Source: Octopus sinensis
Lineage: Eukaryota
Assembly (NCBI RefSeq): GCF_006345805.1
Contig: NW_021833065.1
Location: 558,001 to 622,000, forward strand
Reading direction: 5' to 3'
DNA: 64,000 bases
Positions 39,933-52,900 of this stretch are shown piece by piece. A model generated the notes under the pieces. The model saw only the letters and a program-made list of their open reading frames with translations. It was not told where the DNA came from and ran no database searches. A program made the translations under genes and the position numbers. The stretch's first letter is position 1. Each line of letters opens with the position of its first letter.

Positions 39933-42900
39933 GAACTCCCTGGTTTGGATATGAAAACACTGAAAGTGGGAGCATACCCTTTCGGCTTCCTATCGCTTCT
40001 GAAGATCTGCTCGTAACTAACAGTGCCAACAAACTCAAAAATGCAAGGGAAGAATTTCTGCTCTCCCCTTTCCACCAGCGTGGGTTAAAATCAGTAAACA
40101 CTATGCTTTTTTCGGTAAAATCCGCGGCATTATATAGAGAGAGATGAATTATAATTTCAACAATTGAGGGTAAAATTAATTAATTAATCAATTTCACCAA
40201 GTATTCAGTATGCAAAGGGACCATTTAAGGCGAATTCAAATTATTACATTATATAAAAAGGCTTAGTAAAATAAATTACTTTGCCGCATACTGAACTCAT
40301 TAGAAATAGCAGCTAAAAAATTTTTTAAAACTATTTCTAATACTTAAAGAAAACCTCTCTCATATAGTGTTTTCTCATTCAACTCACGCAAATATGGGGG
40401 TAGAGACATTAAAAAATCAGGTGCAAAGGTTATTTGAGAACGTACGTTTCAAGATTAGTCAAAATCGACATTTCTATCATCAGCTCAGAACTCCCTGGTT
40501 TGGATTTGAAAACACTGAAAGTGGGAGCATACCCTTTCGGCTTCCTATCGCTTCTGAAGATCTGCTCGTAACTAACAGTGCCAACAAACTCAAAAGCGCA
40601 AGCGAAGAATTTCTGCTCTCCCCTTTCCACCAGCGTGGGTTAAAATCAGTAAACACTATGCTTTTTTCGGTAAAATCCGCGGCATTATATAGAGAGAGAT
40701 GAATTATAATTTCAACAATTGAGGGTAAAATTAATAATTAATCAATTTCACCAAGTATTCAGTATGCAAGGGACCATTTAAGGCGAATTCAAATTATTAC
40801 ATTATATAAAAGGGCTTAGTAAAATAAATTACTTTGCCGCATACTGAACTCATTAGAAATAGCAGCTAAAAAAACTTTTTTAAAACTATTTCTAATACTT
40901 AAAGAAAAACCTCTTCATATAGTGTTTGCTCATTCAACTCACGCAAATATGGGGGTAGAGACATTAAAAAATCAGGTGCAAAGGTTATTTGAGAACGTAC
41001 GTTTCAAGATTAGTCAAAATCGACATTTCTATCATCAGCTCAGAACTCCCTGGTTTGGATTTGAAAACACTGAAAGTGGGAGCATACCCTTTCGGCTTCC
41101 TATCGCTTCTGAAGATCTGCTCGTAACTAACAGTGCCAACAAACTCAAAAATGCAAGCGAAGAGATTTTCTGCTCTCCCCTTTCCACCAGCGTGGGTTAA
41201 AATCAGTAAACACTATGCTTTTTTCGGTAAAATCCGCGGCATTATATAGAGAGATATGAATTATAATTTCAACAATTGAGGGTAAATTATTAATTAATCA
41301 ATTTCACCAAGTATTCAGTATGCAAAGGGACCATTTAAGGCGAATTCAAATTATTACATTATATAAAAGGGCTTAGTAAAATAAATTACTTTGCCGCATA
41401 CTGAACTCATTAGAAATAGCAGCTAAAAAAACTTTTTTAAAACTATTTCTAATACTTAAAGAAAACCTCTCTCATAGAGTGTTTGCTCAATTCAACTCAC
41501 GCAAATATGGGGGTAGAGACATTAAAAAATCAAGTGCAAAGGTTATTTGAGAACGTACGTTTCAAGATTAGTCAAAATCGACATTTCTATCAACAGCTCA
41601 GAACTCCCTGGTTTGGATTTGAAAACACTGAAAGTGGGAGCATACCCTTTCGGCTTCCTATCGCTTCTGAAGATCTGCTCGTAACTAACAGTGCCAACAA
41701 ACTCAAAAATGCAAGCGAAGAATTTCTGCTCTCCCCTTTCCACCAGCGTGGGTTAAAATCAGTAAACACTATGCTTTTTTCGGTAAAATCCGCGGCATTA
41801 TATAGAGAGAGATGAATATAATTTCAACAATTGAGGGTAAAATTAATTAATTAATCAATTTCACCAAGTATTCAGTATACAAAGGGACCATTTAAGGCGA
41901 ATTCAAATTATTACATTATATAAAAGGGCTTAGTAAAATAAATTACTTTGCCGCATACTGAACTCATTAGAAATAGCAGCTAAAAAAACTTTTTTAAAAC
42001 TATTTCTAATACTTAAAGAAAACCTCTCTCATATAGTGTTTGCTCAATTCAACTCACGCAAATATGGGGGTAGAGACATTAAAAAATCAAGTGCAAAGGT
42101 TATTTGAGAACGTACGTTTCAAGATTAGTCAAAATCGACATTTCTATCATCAGCTCAGAACTCCCTGGTTTGGATTTGAAAACACTGAAAGTGGGAGCAT
42201 ACCCTTTCGGCTTCCTATCGCTTCTGAAGATCTGCTCGTAACTAACAGTGCCAAAAACTCAAAAATGCAAGCGAAAATTTCTGCTCTCCCCTTTCCACCA
42301 GCGTGGGTTAAAATCAGTAAACACTATGCTTTTTTCGGTAAAATCCGCGCATTATATAGAGAGAGATGAATTATAATTTCAACAATTGAGGGTAAAATTA
42401 ATTAATTAATCAATTTCACCAAGTATTCAGTATGCAAAGGGACCATTTAAGGCGAATTCAAATTATTACATTATATAAAAAGGCTTAGTAAAATAAATTA
42501 CTTTGCCGCATACTGAACTCATTAGAAATAGCAGCTAAAAAAACTTTTTTAAAACTATTTCTAATACTTAAAGAAAACCTCTCTCATATAGTGTTTGCTC
42601 AATTCAACTCACGCAAATATGGGGGTAGAGACATTAAAAAATCAAGTGCAAAGGTTATTTGAGAACGTACGTTTCAAGATTAGTCAAAATCGACATTTCT
42701 ATCATCAGCTCAGAACTCCCTGGTTTGGATTTGAAAACACTGAAAGTGGGAGCATACCCTTTCGGCTTCCTATCGCTTCTGAAGATCTGCTCGTAACTAA
42801 CAGTGCCAACAAACTCAAAAATGCAAGCGAAGAATTTCTGCTCTCCCCTTTCCACCAGCGTGGGTTAAAATCAGTAAACACTATGCTTTTTTCGGTAAAA

Positions 42901-45900
42901 TCCGCGGCATTTAATAGAGAGATATGAATTATAATTTCAACAATTGAGGGTAAAATTAATTAATTAATCAATTTCACCAAGTATTCAGTATGCAAAGGGA
43001 CCATTTAAGGCGAATTCAAATTATTACATTATATAAAAGGGCTTAGTAAAATAAATTACTTTGCCGCATACTGAACTCATTAGAAATAGCAGCTAAAAAA
43101 ACTTTTTTAAAACTATTTCTAATACTTAAATAAAACCTCTCTCATATAGTGTTTGCTCAATTCAACTCACGCAAATATGGGGGTAGAGACATTAAAAAAT
43201 CAAGTGCAAAGGTTATTTGAGAACGTACGTTTCAAGATTGTCAAATCGACATTTCTATCATCAGCTCAGAACTCCCTGGTTTGGATTTGAAAACACTGAA
43301 AGTGGGAGCATACCCTTTCGGCTTCCTATCGCTTCTGAAGATCTGCTCGTAACTAACAGTGCCAACAAACTAAAAATGCAAGCGAAGAATTTCTGCTCTC
43401 CCCTTTCCACCAGCGTGGGTTAAAATCAGTAAACACTATGCTTTTTTCGGTAAAATCCGCGGCATTATATAGAGAGAGATGAATTATAATTTCAACAATT
43501 GAGGGTAAAATTAATTAATTAATCAATTTCACCAAGTATTCAGTATACAAAGGGACCATTTAAGGCGAATTCAAATTATTACATTATATAAAAGGGCTTA
43601 GTAAAATAAATTACTTTGCCGCATACTGAACTCATTAGAAATAGCAGCTAAAAAAACTTTTTTAAAACTATTTCTAATACTTAAAGAAAACCTCTCTCGT
43701 ATAGTGTTTGCTCAATTCAACTCACGCAAATATGGGGGTAGAGACATTAAAAAATCAAGTGCAAAGGTTATTTGAGAACGTACGTTTCAAGATTAGTCAA
43801 AATCGACATTTCTATCATCAGCTCAGAACTCCCTGGTTTGGATTTGAAAACACTGAAAGTGGGAGCATACCCTTTCGGCTTCCTATCGCTTCTGAAGATC
43901 TGCTCGTAACTAACAGTGCCAACAAACTCAAAAATGCAAGCGAAGAATTTCTGCTCTCCCCTTTCCACCAGCGTGGGTTAAAATCAGTAAACACTATGCT
44001 TTTTTCGGTAAAATCCGCGGCATTATATAGAGAGAGATGAATTATAATTTCAACAATTGAGGGTAAAATTAATTAATTAATCAATTTCACCAAGTATTCA
44101 GTATGCAAAGGGACCATTTAAGGCGAATTCAAATTATTACATTATATAAAAGGGCTTAGTAAAATAAATTACTTTGCCGCTACTGAAATCATTAGAAATA
44201 GCAGCTAAAAAAACTTTTTTAAGACTATTTCTAATACTTAAAGAAAAACTCCTCTCTTATAGTGTTTGCTCAATTCAACTCACGCAAATATGGGGGTAGA
44301 GACATTAAAAAATCAGGTGCAAAGGTTATTTGAGAACGTACGTTTCAGAGAGTCAAAATCGACATTTCTATCATCAGCTCAGAACTCCCTGGTTTGGATT
44401 TGAAAACACTGAAAGTGGGAGCATACCCTTTCGGCTTCCTATCGCTTCTGAAGATCTGCTCGTAACTAACAGTGCCAACAAACTCAAAAATGCAAGCGAA
44501 GAATTTCTGCTCTCCCCTTTCCACCAGCGTGGGTTAAAATCAGTAAACACTATGCTTTTTTCGGTAAAATCCGCGGCATTATATAGAGAGATATGAATTA
44601 TAATTTCAACAATTGAGGGTAAAATTAATTAATTAATCAATTTCACCAAGTATTCAGTATGCAAAGGGACCATTTAAGGCGAATTCAAATTATTACATTA
44701 TATAAAAGGGCTTAGTAAAATAAATTACTTTGCCGCATACTGAACTCATTAGAAATAGCAGCTAAAAAAACTTTTCTAAAACTATTTCTAATACTTAAGA
44801 AAACCTCTCTCATATAGTGTTTGCTCAATTCAACTCACGCAAATATGGGGGTAGAGACATTAAAAAATCAAGTGCAAAGGTTATTTGAGAACGTACGTTT
44901 CAAGATTAGTCAAAATCGACATTTCTATCATCAGCTCAGAACTCCCTGGTTTGGATTTGAAAACACTGAAAGTGGGAGCATACCCTTTCGGCTTCCTATC
45001 GCTTCTGAAGATCTGCTCGTAACTAACAGTGCCAACAAACTCAAAAATGCAAGCGAAGAATTTCTGCTCTCCCCTCTCCACCAGCGTGGGTTAAAATCAG
45101 TAAACACTATGCTTTTTTCGGTAAAATCCGTGGCATTATATAGAGAGAGATGAATTATAATTTCAACAATTGAGGGTAAAATTAATTAATTAATCAATTT
45201 CACCAGTTCAGTATGCAAAGGACCATTTAGGCGAATTCAAATTATTACATTATATAAAAGGGCTTAGTAAAATAAATTACTTTGCCGCATACTGAACTCA
45301 TTAGAAATAGCAGCTAAAAAAACTTTTTTAAAACTATTCTAATACTTAAAGAAAACCTCTCTCATATAGTGTTTTCTCAATTCAACTCACGCAAATATGG
45401 GGGTAGAGACATTAAAAAATCAAGTGCAAAGGTTATTGAGAACGTACGTTTCAAGATTAGTCAAAATCGACATTTCTATCATCAGCTCAGAACTCCCTGG
45501 TTTGGATTTGAAAACACTGAAAGTGGGAGCATACCCTTTCGGCTTCCTATCGCTTCTGAAGATCTGCTCGTAACTAACAGTGCCAACAAACTCAAAAATG
45601 CAAGCGAAGAATTTCTGCTCTCCCCTTTCCACCAGCGTGGGTTAAAATCAGTAAACACTATGCTTTTTTCGGTAAAATCCGCGGCATTATATAGAGAGAG
45701 ATGAATTATAATTTCAACAATTGAGGGTAAAATTAATTAATTAATCAATTTCACCAAGTATTCAGTATGCAAGGGACCATTTAAGGCGAATTCAAATTAT
45801 TACATTATATAAAAGGGCTTAGTAAAATAAATTACTTTGCCGCATACTGAACTCATTAGAAATAGCAGCTAAAAAAACTTTTTTAAAACTATTTCTAATA

Positions 45901-48900
45901 CTTAAAGAAAACCTCTCTCGTATAGTGTTTTCTCAATTCAACTCACGCAAATATGGGGGTAGAGACATTAAAAAATCAAGTGCAAAGGTTATTTGAGAAC
46001 GTACGTTTCAAGATTAGTCAAAATCGACATTTCTATCATCAGCTCAGAACTCCCTGGTTTGGATTTGAAAACACTGAAAGTGGGAGCATACCCTTTCGGC
46101 TTCCTATCGCTTCTGAAGATCTGCTCGTAACTAACAGTGCCAACAAACTCAAAAATGCAAGCGAAGAATTTCTGCTCTCCCCTTTCCACCAGCGTGGGTT
46201 AAAATCAGTAAACACTATGCTTTTTTCGGTAAAATCCGCGGCATTATATAGAGAGAGATGAATTATAATTTCAACAATTGAGGGTAAAATTAATTAATTA
46301 ATCAATTTCACCAAGTATTCAGTATGCAAAGGGACCATTTAAGCGAATTCAATTATTACATTATATAAAAGGGCTTAGTAAAATAAATTACTTTGCCGCA
46401 TACTGAACTCATTAGAAATAGCAGCTAAAAAAACTTTTTTAAAACTATTTCTAATACTTAAAGAAAACCTCTCTCATATAGTGTTTGCTCAATTCAACTC
46501 ACGCAAATATGGGGGTAGAGACATTAAAAAATCAAGTGCAAAGGTTATTTGAGAACGTACGTTTCAAGATTAGTCAAAATCGACATTTCTATCAACAGCT
46601 CAGAACTCCCTGGTTTGGATTTGAAAACACTGAAAGTGGGAGCATACCCTTTCGGCTTCCTATCGCTTCTGAAGATCTGCTCGTAACTAACAGTGCCAAC
46701 AAACTCAAAAATGCAAGCGAAGAATTCTGCTCTCCCCTTTCCACCAGCGTGGGTTAAAATCAGTAAACACTATGCTTTTTTCGGTAAAATCCGCGGCATT
46801 ATATAGAGAGAGATGAATTATAATTTCAACAATTGAGGGTAAAATTAATTAATTAATCAATTTCACCAAGTATTCAGTATGCAAAGGGACCATTTAAGGC
46901 GAATTCAAATTATTACATTATATAAAAGGGCTTAGTAAAATAAATTACTTTGCCGCATACTGAACTCATTAGAAATAGCAGCTAAAAAAACTTTTTTAAA
47001 ACTATTTCTAATACTTAAAGAAAACCTCTCTCATATAGTGTTTGCTCAATTCAACTCACGCAAATATGGGGGTAGAGACATTAAAAAATCAAGTGCAAAG
47101 GTTATTTGAGAACGTACGTTTCAAGATTAGTCAAAATCGACATTTCTATCATCAGCTCAGAACTCCCTGGTTTGGATTTGAAAACACTGAAAGTGGGAGC
47201 ATACCCTTTCGGCTTCCTATCGCTTCTGAAGATCTGCTCGTAACTAACAGTGCCAACAAACTCAAAAATGCAAGCGAAGAATTTCTGCTCTCCCCTTTCC
47301 ACCAGCGTGGGTTAAAATCAGTAAACACTATGCTTTTTTCGGTAAAATCCGCGGCATTATATAGAGAGAGATGAATTATAATTTCAACAATTGAGGGTAA
47401 AATTAATTAATTAATCAATTTCACCAAGTATTCAGTATGCAAAGGGACCATTTAAGGCGAATTCAAATTATTACATTATATAAAAGGGCTTAGTAAAATA
47501 AATTACTTTGCCGCATACTGAACTCATTAGAAATAGCAGCTAAAAAAACTTTTTTAAAACTATTTCTAATACTTAAAGAAAACCTCTCTCATATAGTGTT
47601 TGCTCAATTCAACTCACGCAAATATGGGGGTAGAGACATTAAAAAATCAAGTGCAAAGGTTATTTGAGAACGTACGTTTCAAGATTAGTCAAAATCGACA
47701 TTTCTATCATCAGCTCAGAACTCCCTGGTTTGGATTTGAAAACACTGAAAGTGGGAGCATACCCTTTCGGCTTCCTATCGCTTCTGAAGATCTGCTCGTA
47801 ACTAACAGTGCCAACAAACTCAAAAATGCAAGCGAAGAATTTCTGCTCTCCCCTTTCCACCAGCGTGGGTTAAAATCAGTAAACACTATGCTTTTTTCGG
47901 TAAAATCCGCGGCATTATATAGAGAGAGATGAATTATAATTTCAACAATTGAGGGTAAAATTAATTAATTAATCAATTTCACCAAGTATTCAGTATGCAA
48001 AGGGACCATTTAAGGCGAATTCAAATTATTACATTATATAAAAGGGCTTAGTAAAATAAATTACTTTGCCGCATACTGAACTCATTAGAAATAGCAGCTA
48101 AAAAAACTTTTTTAAAACTATTTCTAATACTTAAAGAAAACCTCTCTCATATAGTGTTTTCTCAATTCAACTCACGCAAATATGGGGGTAGAGACATTAA
48201 AAAATCAAGTGCAAAGGTTATTTGAGAACGTACGTTTCAAGATTAGTCAAAATCGACATTTCTATCATCAGCTCAGAACTCCCTGGTTTGGATTTGAAAA
48301 CACTGAAAGTGGGAGCATACCCTTTCGGCTTCCTATCGCTTCTGAAGATCTGCTCGTAACTAACAGTGCCAACAAACTCAAAAATGCAAGCGAAGAATTT
48401 CTGCTCTCCCCTTTCCACCAGCGTGGGTTAAAATCAGTAAACACTATGCTTTTTTCGGTAAAATCCGCGGCATATATAGAGAGAGATGAATTATAATTTC
48501 AACAATTGAGGGTAAAATTAATTAATTAATCAATTTCACCAAGTATTCAGTATGCAAAGGGACCATTTAAGGCGAATTCAAATTATTACATTATATAAAA
48601 GGGCTTAGTAAAAAAAAAAGTTTTTTAAAAAAGTTTTTTTAGCTGCTATTTCTAATGAGTTCAGTATGCGCCAAAGTAATTTATTTTACTAAGCCCTTTT
48701 ATATAATGTAATAATTTGAATTCGCCTTAAATGGTCCCTTTGCATACTGAATACTTGGTGAAATTGATTAATTAATTAATTTTACCCTCAATTGTTGAAA
48801 TTATAATTCATCTCTCTCTATATAATGCCGCGGTATTTCCCGAAAAAAGCATAGTGTTTACTGATTTTAACCCACGCTGGTGGAAAGGGGAGAGCAGAAA

Positions 48901-49022
48901 TTCTTCGCTTGCATTTTTGAGTTTGTTGGCACTGTTAGTTACGAGCAGATCTTCAGAAGCGATAGGAAGCCGAAAGGGTATGCTCCCACTTTCAGTGTTT
49001 TCAAATCCAAACCAGGGAGTTC

Positions 49023-49075
49023 TGAGCTGATGATAGAAATGTCGATTTTGACTAATCTTGAAACGTACGTTCTCA
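49023..49075 (+). ncRNA. Hammerhead ribozyme copy in the inverted arm
   Basis: tgag ctgatga ... gaaac gtac gtt ctca read directly on plus. Predicted cut after 49071. Confidence 0.85.
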
Positions 49076-49355
49076 AATAACCTTTGCACTTGATTTTTTA
49101 ATGTCTCTACCCCCATATTTGCGTGAGTTGAATTGAGCAAACACTATATGAGAGAGGTTTTCTTTAAGTATTAGAAATAGTTTAAAAAAAGTTTTTTTAG
49201 CTGCTATTTCTAATGAGTTCAGTATGCGGCAAAGTAATTTATTTTACTAAGCCCTTTTATATAATGTAATAATTTGAATTCGCCTTAAATGGTCCCTTTG
49301 CATACTGAATACTTGGTGAAATTGATTAATTAATTAATTTTACCCTCAATTGTGG

Positions 49356-49418
<63 letters not shown>

Positions 49419-49949
49419 ATCACGTAACGACCAGAGTACTGGATATTGTTATATATTTACTAGACACTATGGGGTTCTGTATCGTTTTAGCTTTTGAATG
49501 ATGCCACCCCGCTGGCTAGGCGAGCAGGCCACCATTCTTCTTGATCGGAAGATTGGTCCGTCGCAAGGTTACACACTCACATCTGAGTGGACGGGAGCAA
49601 CGCGAAATTAAGTGTTTTGCTCAAGAACACAAAGCACTGCTAGTCTGGTAATAGAAACCACTATCTCACGCTCATGAGTGCAACACGTCTAACCACTAGG
49701 CCACGCACCCTCACACACACGCGCGCGCGTGCACACACACATTTGTGTTTGTGTCTATATATGTATGTGTGTATTTGTGTTTGAGTCTGTTCCTCCACTG
49801 CTTGACAACCGTTGTTGCGGTTTGGCAAAAGAGACACAAATAAATATCAGGCTTAAGAAAAAGTACTGGGGCTGATTTGTTCGCTAAAAACATTTAAAGT
49901 GATACCCCAGTCTGGCTGCAGTTCAATGGCCGAAACAAATAAATGCCAA

Positions 49950-50451
49950 AAGATATGTACAAAATTTACGATGTTAATAACGTGGAAGATAAAGTGAAAG
50001 CAAGGTACAAATATCAATTCAATGCTCAATGAAAGATTAAGAAAGTGAAAGCGTTTTTGACGTTTCGCACTAACTCTCTTCTTCGACAAATCAGATATAG
50101 AGAAGAAGCAAATGTAGATGAAGGAAAGATAAATGTGAATATTGAAAAAAGCATGAGTTGTTCTTTGTGAAGTCATGTTGGAAATTGCGGACTTCGAATG
50201 ACCGGTAATGACCCAGAGAAAACGAGGTTTCATTCGTACAAAAGTAGCAAGGTAGTGGAATTGTATGCCAGTTATGTATCATACTTGTGTATGTGTGTAG
50301 TTCTACTGTGTGCGTTCTGAGCCTATTCATGTGGGGTAGTATGTATGGGCGTATAGTCATAACGTGTATGTGTGTCTTGTTAGCAACGTGTACCATTATT
50401 TGGATGTTATTTTCAGTGTTATGCATGTATGTATGCATCTCGACGGACACA

Positions 50452-50484
<33 letters not shown>

Positions 50485-50494
50485 CACAGACACA

Positions 50495-50536
<42 letters not shown>

Positions 50537-51400
50537 TCTGCTGTTGTGTGCTTAAATATTTTTTGTCGTATTGCAGTAGCTGTAACTGTTGTTAGAACCT
50601 TCCGTATATGGATGCATATGTATGTTTTGTGTGTGTATGTGTGTATGCGTGTGTGTGTGTGTGTGTGCGTGCGTGTGTGTGTGTGTGTGTATGCTGGGGG
50701 TATACGTATGGATAAAAAGATTAGTGTTTTTGTGTGAGTGCATGATTGGTTTCATGAGTATTTAAGTGCTCGCAAATTTACATATAGTTGTATGCCACCT
50801 GTTGAGTCCATTAAGAGTGAAAGGTTGAAAAGTAAAACTGAGTTTCAGTTCGTGTCGGTGACGAAAATCTGGAGAACCACTGGGTGAAGTGATCCGCTTA
50901 GTTGAAATGGTGTGCAATAAAGGAATCCTTACGAAGATGGAGGTCCTGTAAGTTTGCGGTGAAACGGTCAGACAAGTGTCGTCCAGTTTGTCTGATATAT
51001 AAGGAGTTGCGGAGAGAGCATTTTAAACGGTAAATGAGATTGTCTGAGGTGCAGGTAAAGAAATCGGTTATATGGGAAGAACAATGGTTGGGTCTACTGA
51101 GTAGGATGGTGTTCGAGAGTAAAGGAGAGGTGTTGTAGCAGGAACGAGAGCAAGAGAGGAATCATGGTTGAGTACATGTGGTAGAGAAGAAGCTATGGAC
51201 AAGAAGGGCGCGTAGAATACAGGCACGTTACAGAAAGGGGAGATGTGTTGGGGGGAAGATATAGGTAATGGGTAAAATTTGAGGATTTAGTATGTGTGTA
51301 GGATAGTTCACTAGAGGGGTGTATGGAGTGGTGGTTGGTGAGAGGGAAAATAAAAAAAAACAATTGTAAACGGGGCACACGCGAAAGAAGAGAGGGCTGA
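49950..51400 (-). mobile_element. Decayed Penelope-like element (Neptune-type): Cys linker, GIY-YIG endonuclease and pLTR relic
   Basis: Minus strand: ILRALLVHS, LSCSRSCYNTSP, FFTCTSDNLIYRLKCSLRNSLYIRQTGRHLSDRF...IAHHFN (GIY-YIG-like). Degenerate HHR at 50054-50090 (tcgaaga...gaaacgtc). Interrupted by microsatellites. Confidence 0.78.
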
Positions 51401-51455
51401 GGTGTGGTCGCCTTTATGGGTGCGGTCGACTTTATGTGTTCGCATTTCTCTTTCC

Positions 51456-52340
51456 GGATCTTTTCTATTCTGAAGCCAGTTTTTTCAAATTTTTCCTACT
51501 GAACCAAACAATTTGAAACTTCGTATACTGGTAGAATGTGTCAAAAGTAAACTTAATTGTAAACCAGAATGAAAATGGAATTGTAACTTCTAAGTTTAAC
51601 GTTGTTTAATAATTAGAATTTTAACCAATGATATTCCGTCATTCGGCTTTATTTTATTTACTCGGTCTCGACCACCAATTTGGTGACGTATTAACATCTT
51701 AAATGTAAACAAGCCGCATGTCTCCGTGAAATCTCCTTCTAATTATTAACGTACTCATGTTTCCAGGATCCTATAGTCAGCCACCTTCTAATAACAATAT
51801 TTAAAACTAGTTAATAAGCCACATGTATTAAATTGAAAATGTTTCCATTCTGTTAGTACTTGCTTTCGTTTGCTATTAAGAAGTGGCATCTCAGTGACGA
51901 GGCTTCTAACAAGATTTCGTTTCTAAGCTAATGCGTTTCATTTCACTTATTGTATTTATTTGTGCAAAAGGCAAGAATTTAATATTAAAAAAGCAAAGAG
52001 CTGGCAGACACGTTAGCACGCCGGGCGAAATGCGTAGCCGTATTTCGTCTGCCGTTACGTTCTGTGTTTGTTTACAGTTTTCCGAACGTTAGTACGTCAC
52101 AAAAGCGCTTTCTACGTCACACTAATAGAATGCAGTCAAGTTTTACACATGAAAACAAACAATCTGATTGGTTAAAATTCGCAGTTTTAATCTACGATTA
52201 AAGTCATAAAATAGATTTTTCTCAAATAAACTAGTTCCAACCTGTGTCTTGTTTTGCTAGACTCTATCAGCATACGAAGTTTCAGAATATTTAGTTAAGT
52301 AGAAAGATCTGTGGTCCTGGCTTCAGAATTGAAAAGATCC
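51456..52340. mobile_element. 885-bp MITE with GGATC-terminated TIRs and a perfect 8-bp TSD (Merlin-like)
   Basis: ggatcttttctattctgaagcca / tggcttcagaattgaaaagatcc. ctctttcc on both sides. Contains a truncated SINE at ~51995-52070. Confidence 0.88.
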
Positions 52341-52574
52341 CTCTTTCCATCTAATAAAGTGTGTGTGTGTGTGTGTGAAATGTGTTGACGAAAGAGATGA
52401 AGGTGTTAGGTTTTCCTTTTTTTAATTTACAGAAGTAGTCAGTCGCTTTAACTTGTCTAGGTTCACGATTGTAGGAATAATATGGTATAGATGAATCAAC
52501 GAAGGTGCATTTGTCTGGTTGCTCGACCTGTTATAAATGACTGTCACGTCTCCCTGAAATCGCACCCTACTGTT

Positions 52575-52900
52575 TTAAACACGGGAAAGATACATTGGTT
52601 TATATAGTGCGATACAGACACTGAAAAAAGAAGAAATGGTCAAAGCGGGAGTGTCTTTGATCATAGATCTACTCGCTAAGAGTTGATAGAAACAATATGA
52701 TAAACAGCAACGATAATGACAAATGATAACGGCAATGATAGCAACAACAAGAACTGGGAGAAGATTCCAGAGATTTCTCGTGTTGGAGAAGAACGACCCG
52801 ACAACATGCTTACTAGGGGATCTGTGAGGTGACATAATAGAGATGACGTGGGAAAGAAGAGGCAACATCAGGTTGTTTGGAATAGATCTGTTTTACCACT
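52575..52900 (-). mobile_element. CR1/Jockey-group LINE 3' fragment
   Basis: GSFFSNTRNLWNLLP motif. Confidence 0.55.

Larger units (their letters stand above)
39679..49362 (-). mobile_element. Tandem array of 16 x ~557-bp HHR-containing units plus a ~720-bp inverted arm, inserted in (TA)n (retrozyme-like / non-autonomous PLE derivative)
   Basis: The unit marker aaattattacattatataaaa recurs from ~39680 to ~48577 (16 periods). Fold-back at ~48612-48635. Inverted arm runs to ~49362. (TA)n at 39597-39678 and 49361-49391. Confidence 0.93.

Noticed and set aside
39679-48612. CRISPR-like or rDNA/5S/snRNA tandem array
   Set aside because: There are no unique spacers and the units are whole-length repeats. 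No 5S, tRNA, U-snRNA or histone similarity was recognised.
39810-49140. Repeated ~110-aa (+) and 66-aa (-) ORFs in the array units
   Set aside because: The longer frame is opened mostly from TTG/GTG starts and is broken by indels in several units. Neither frame resembles a known domain or is evidently preserved in the 562-bp relative, whereas the RNA motif is. Treated as incidental.
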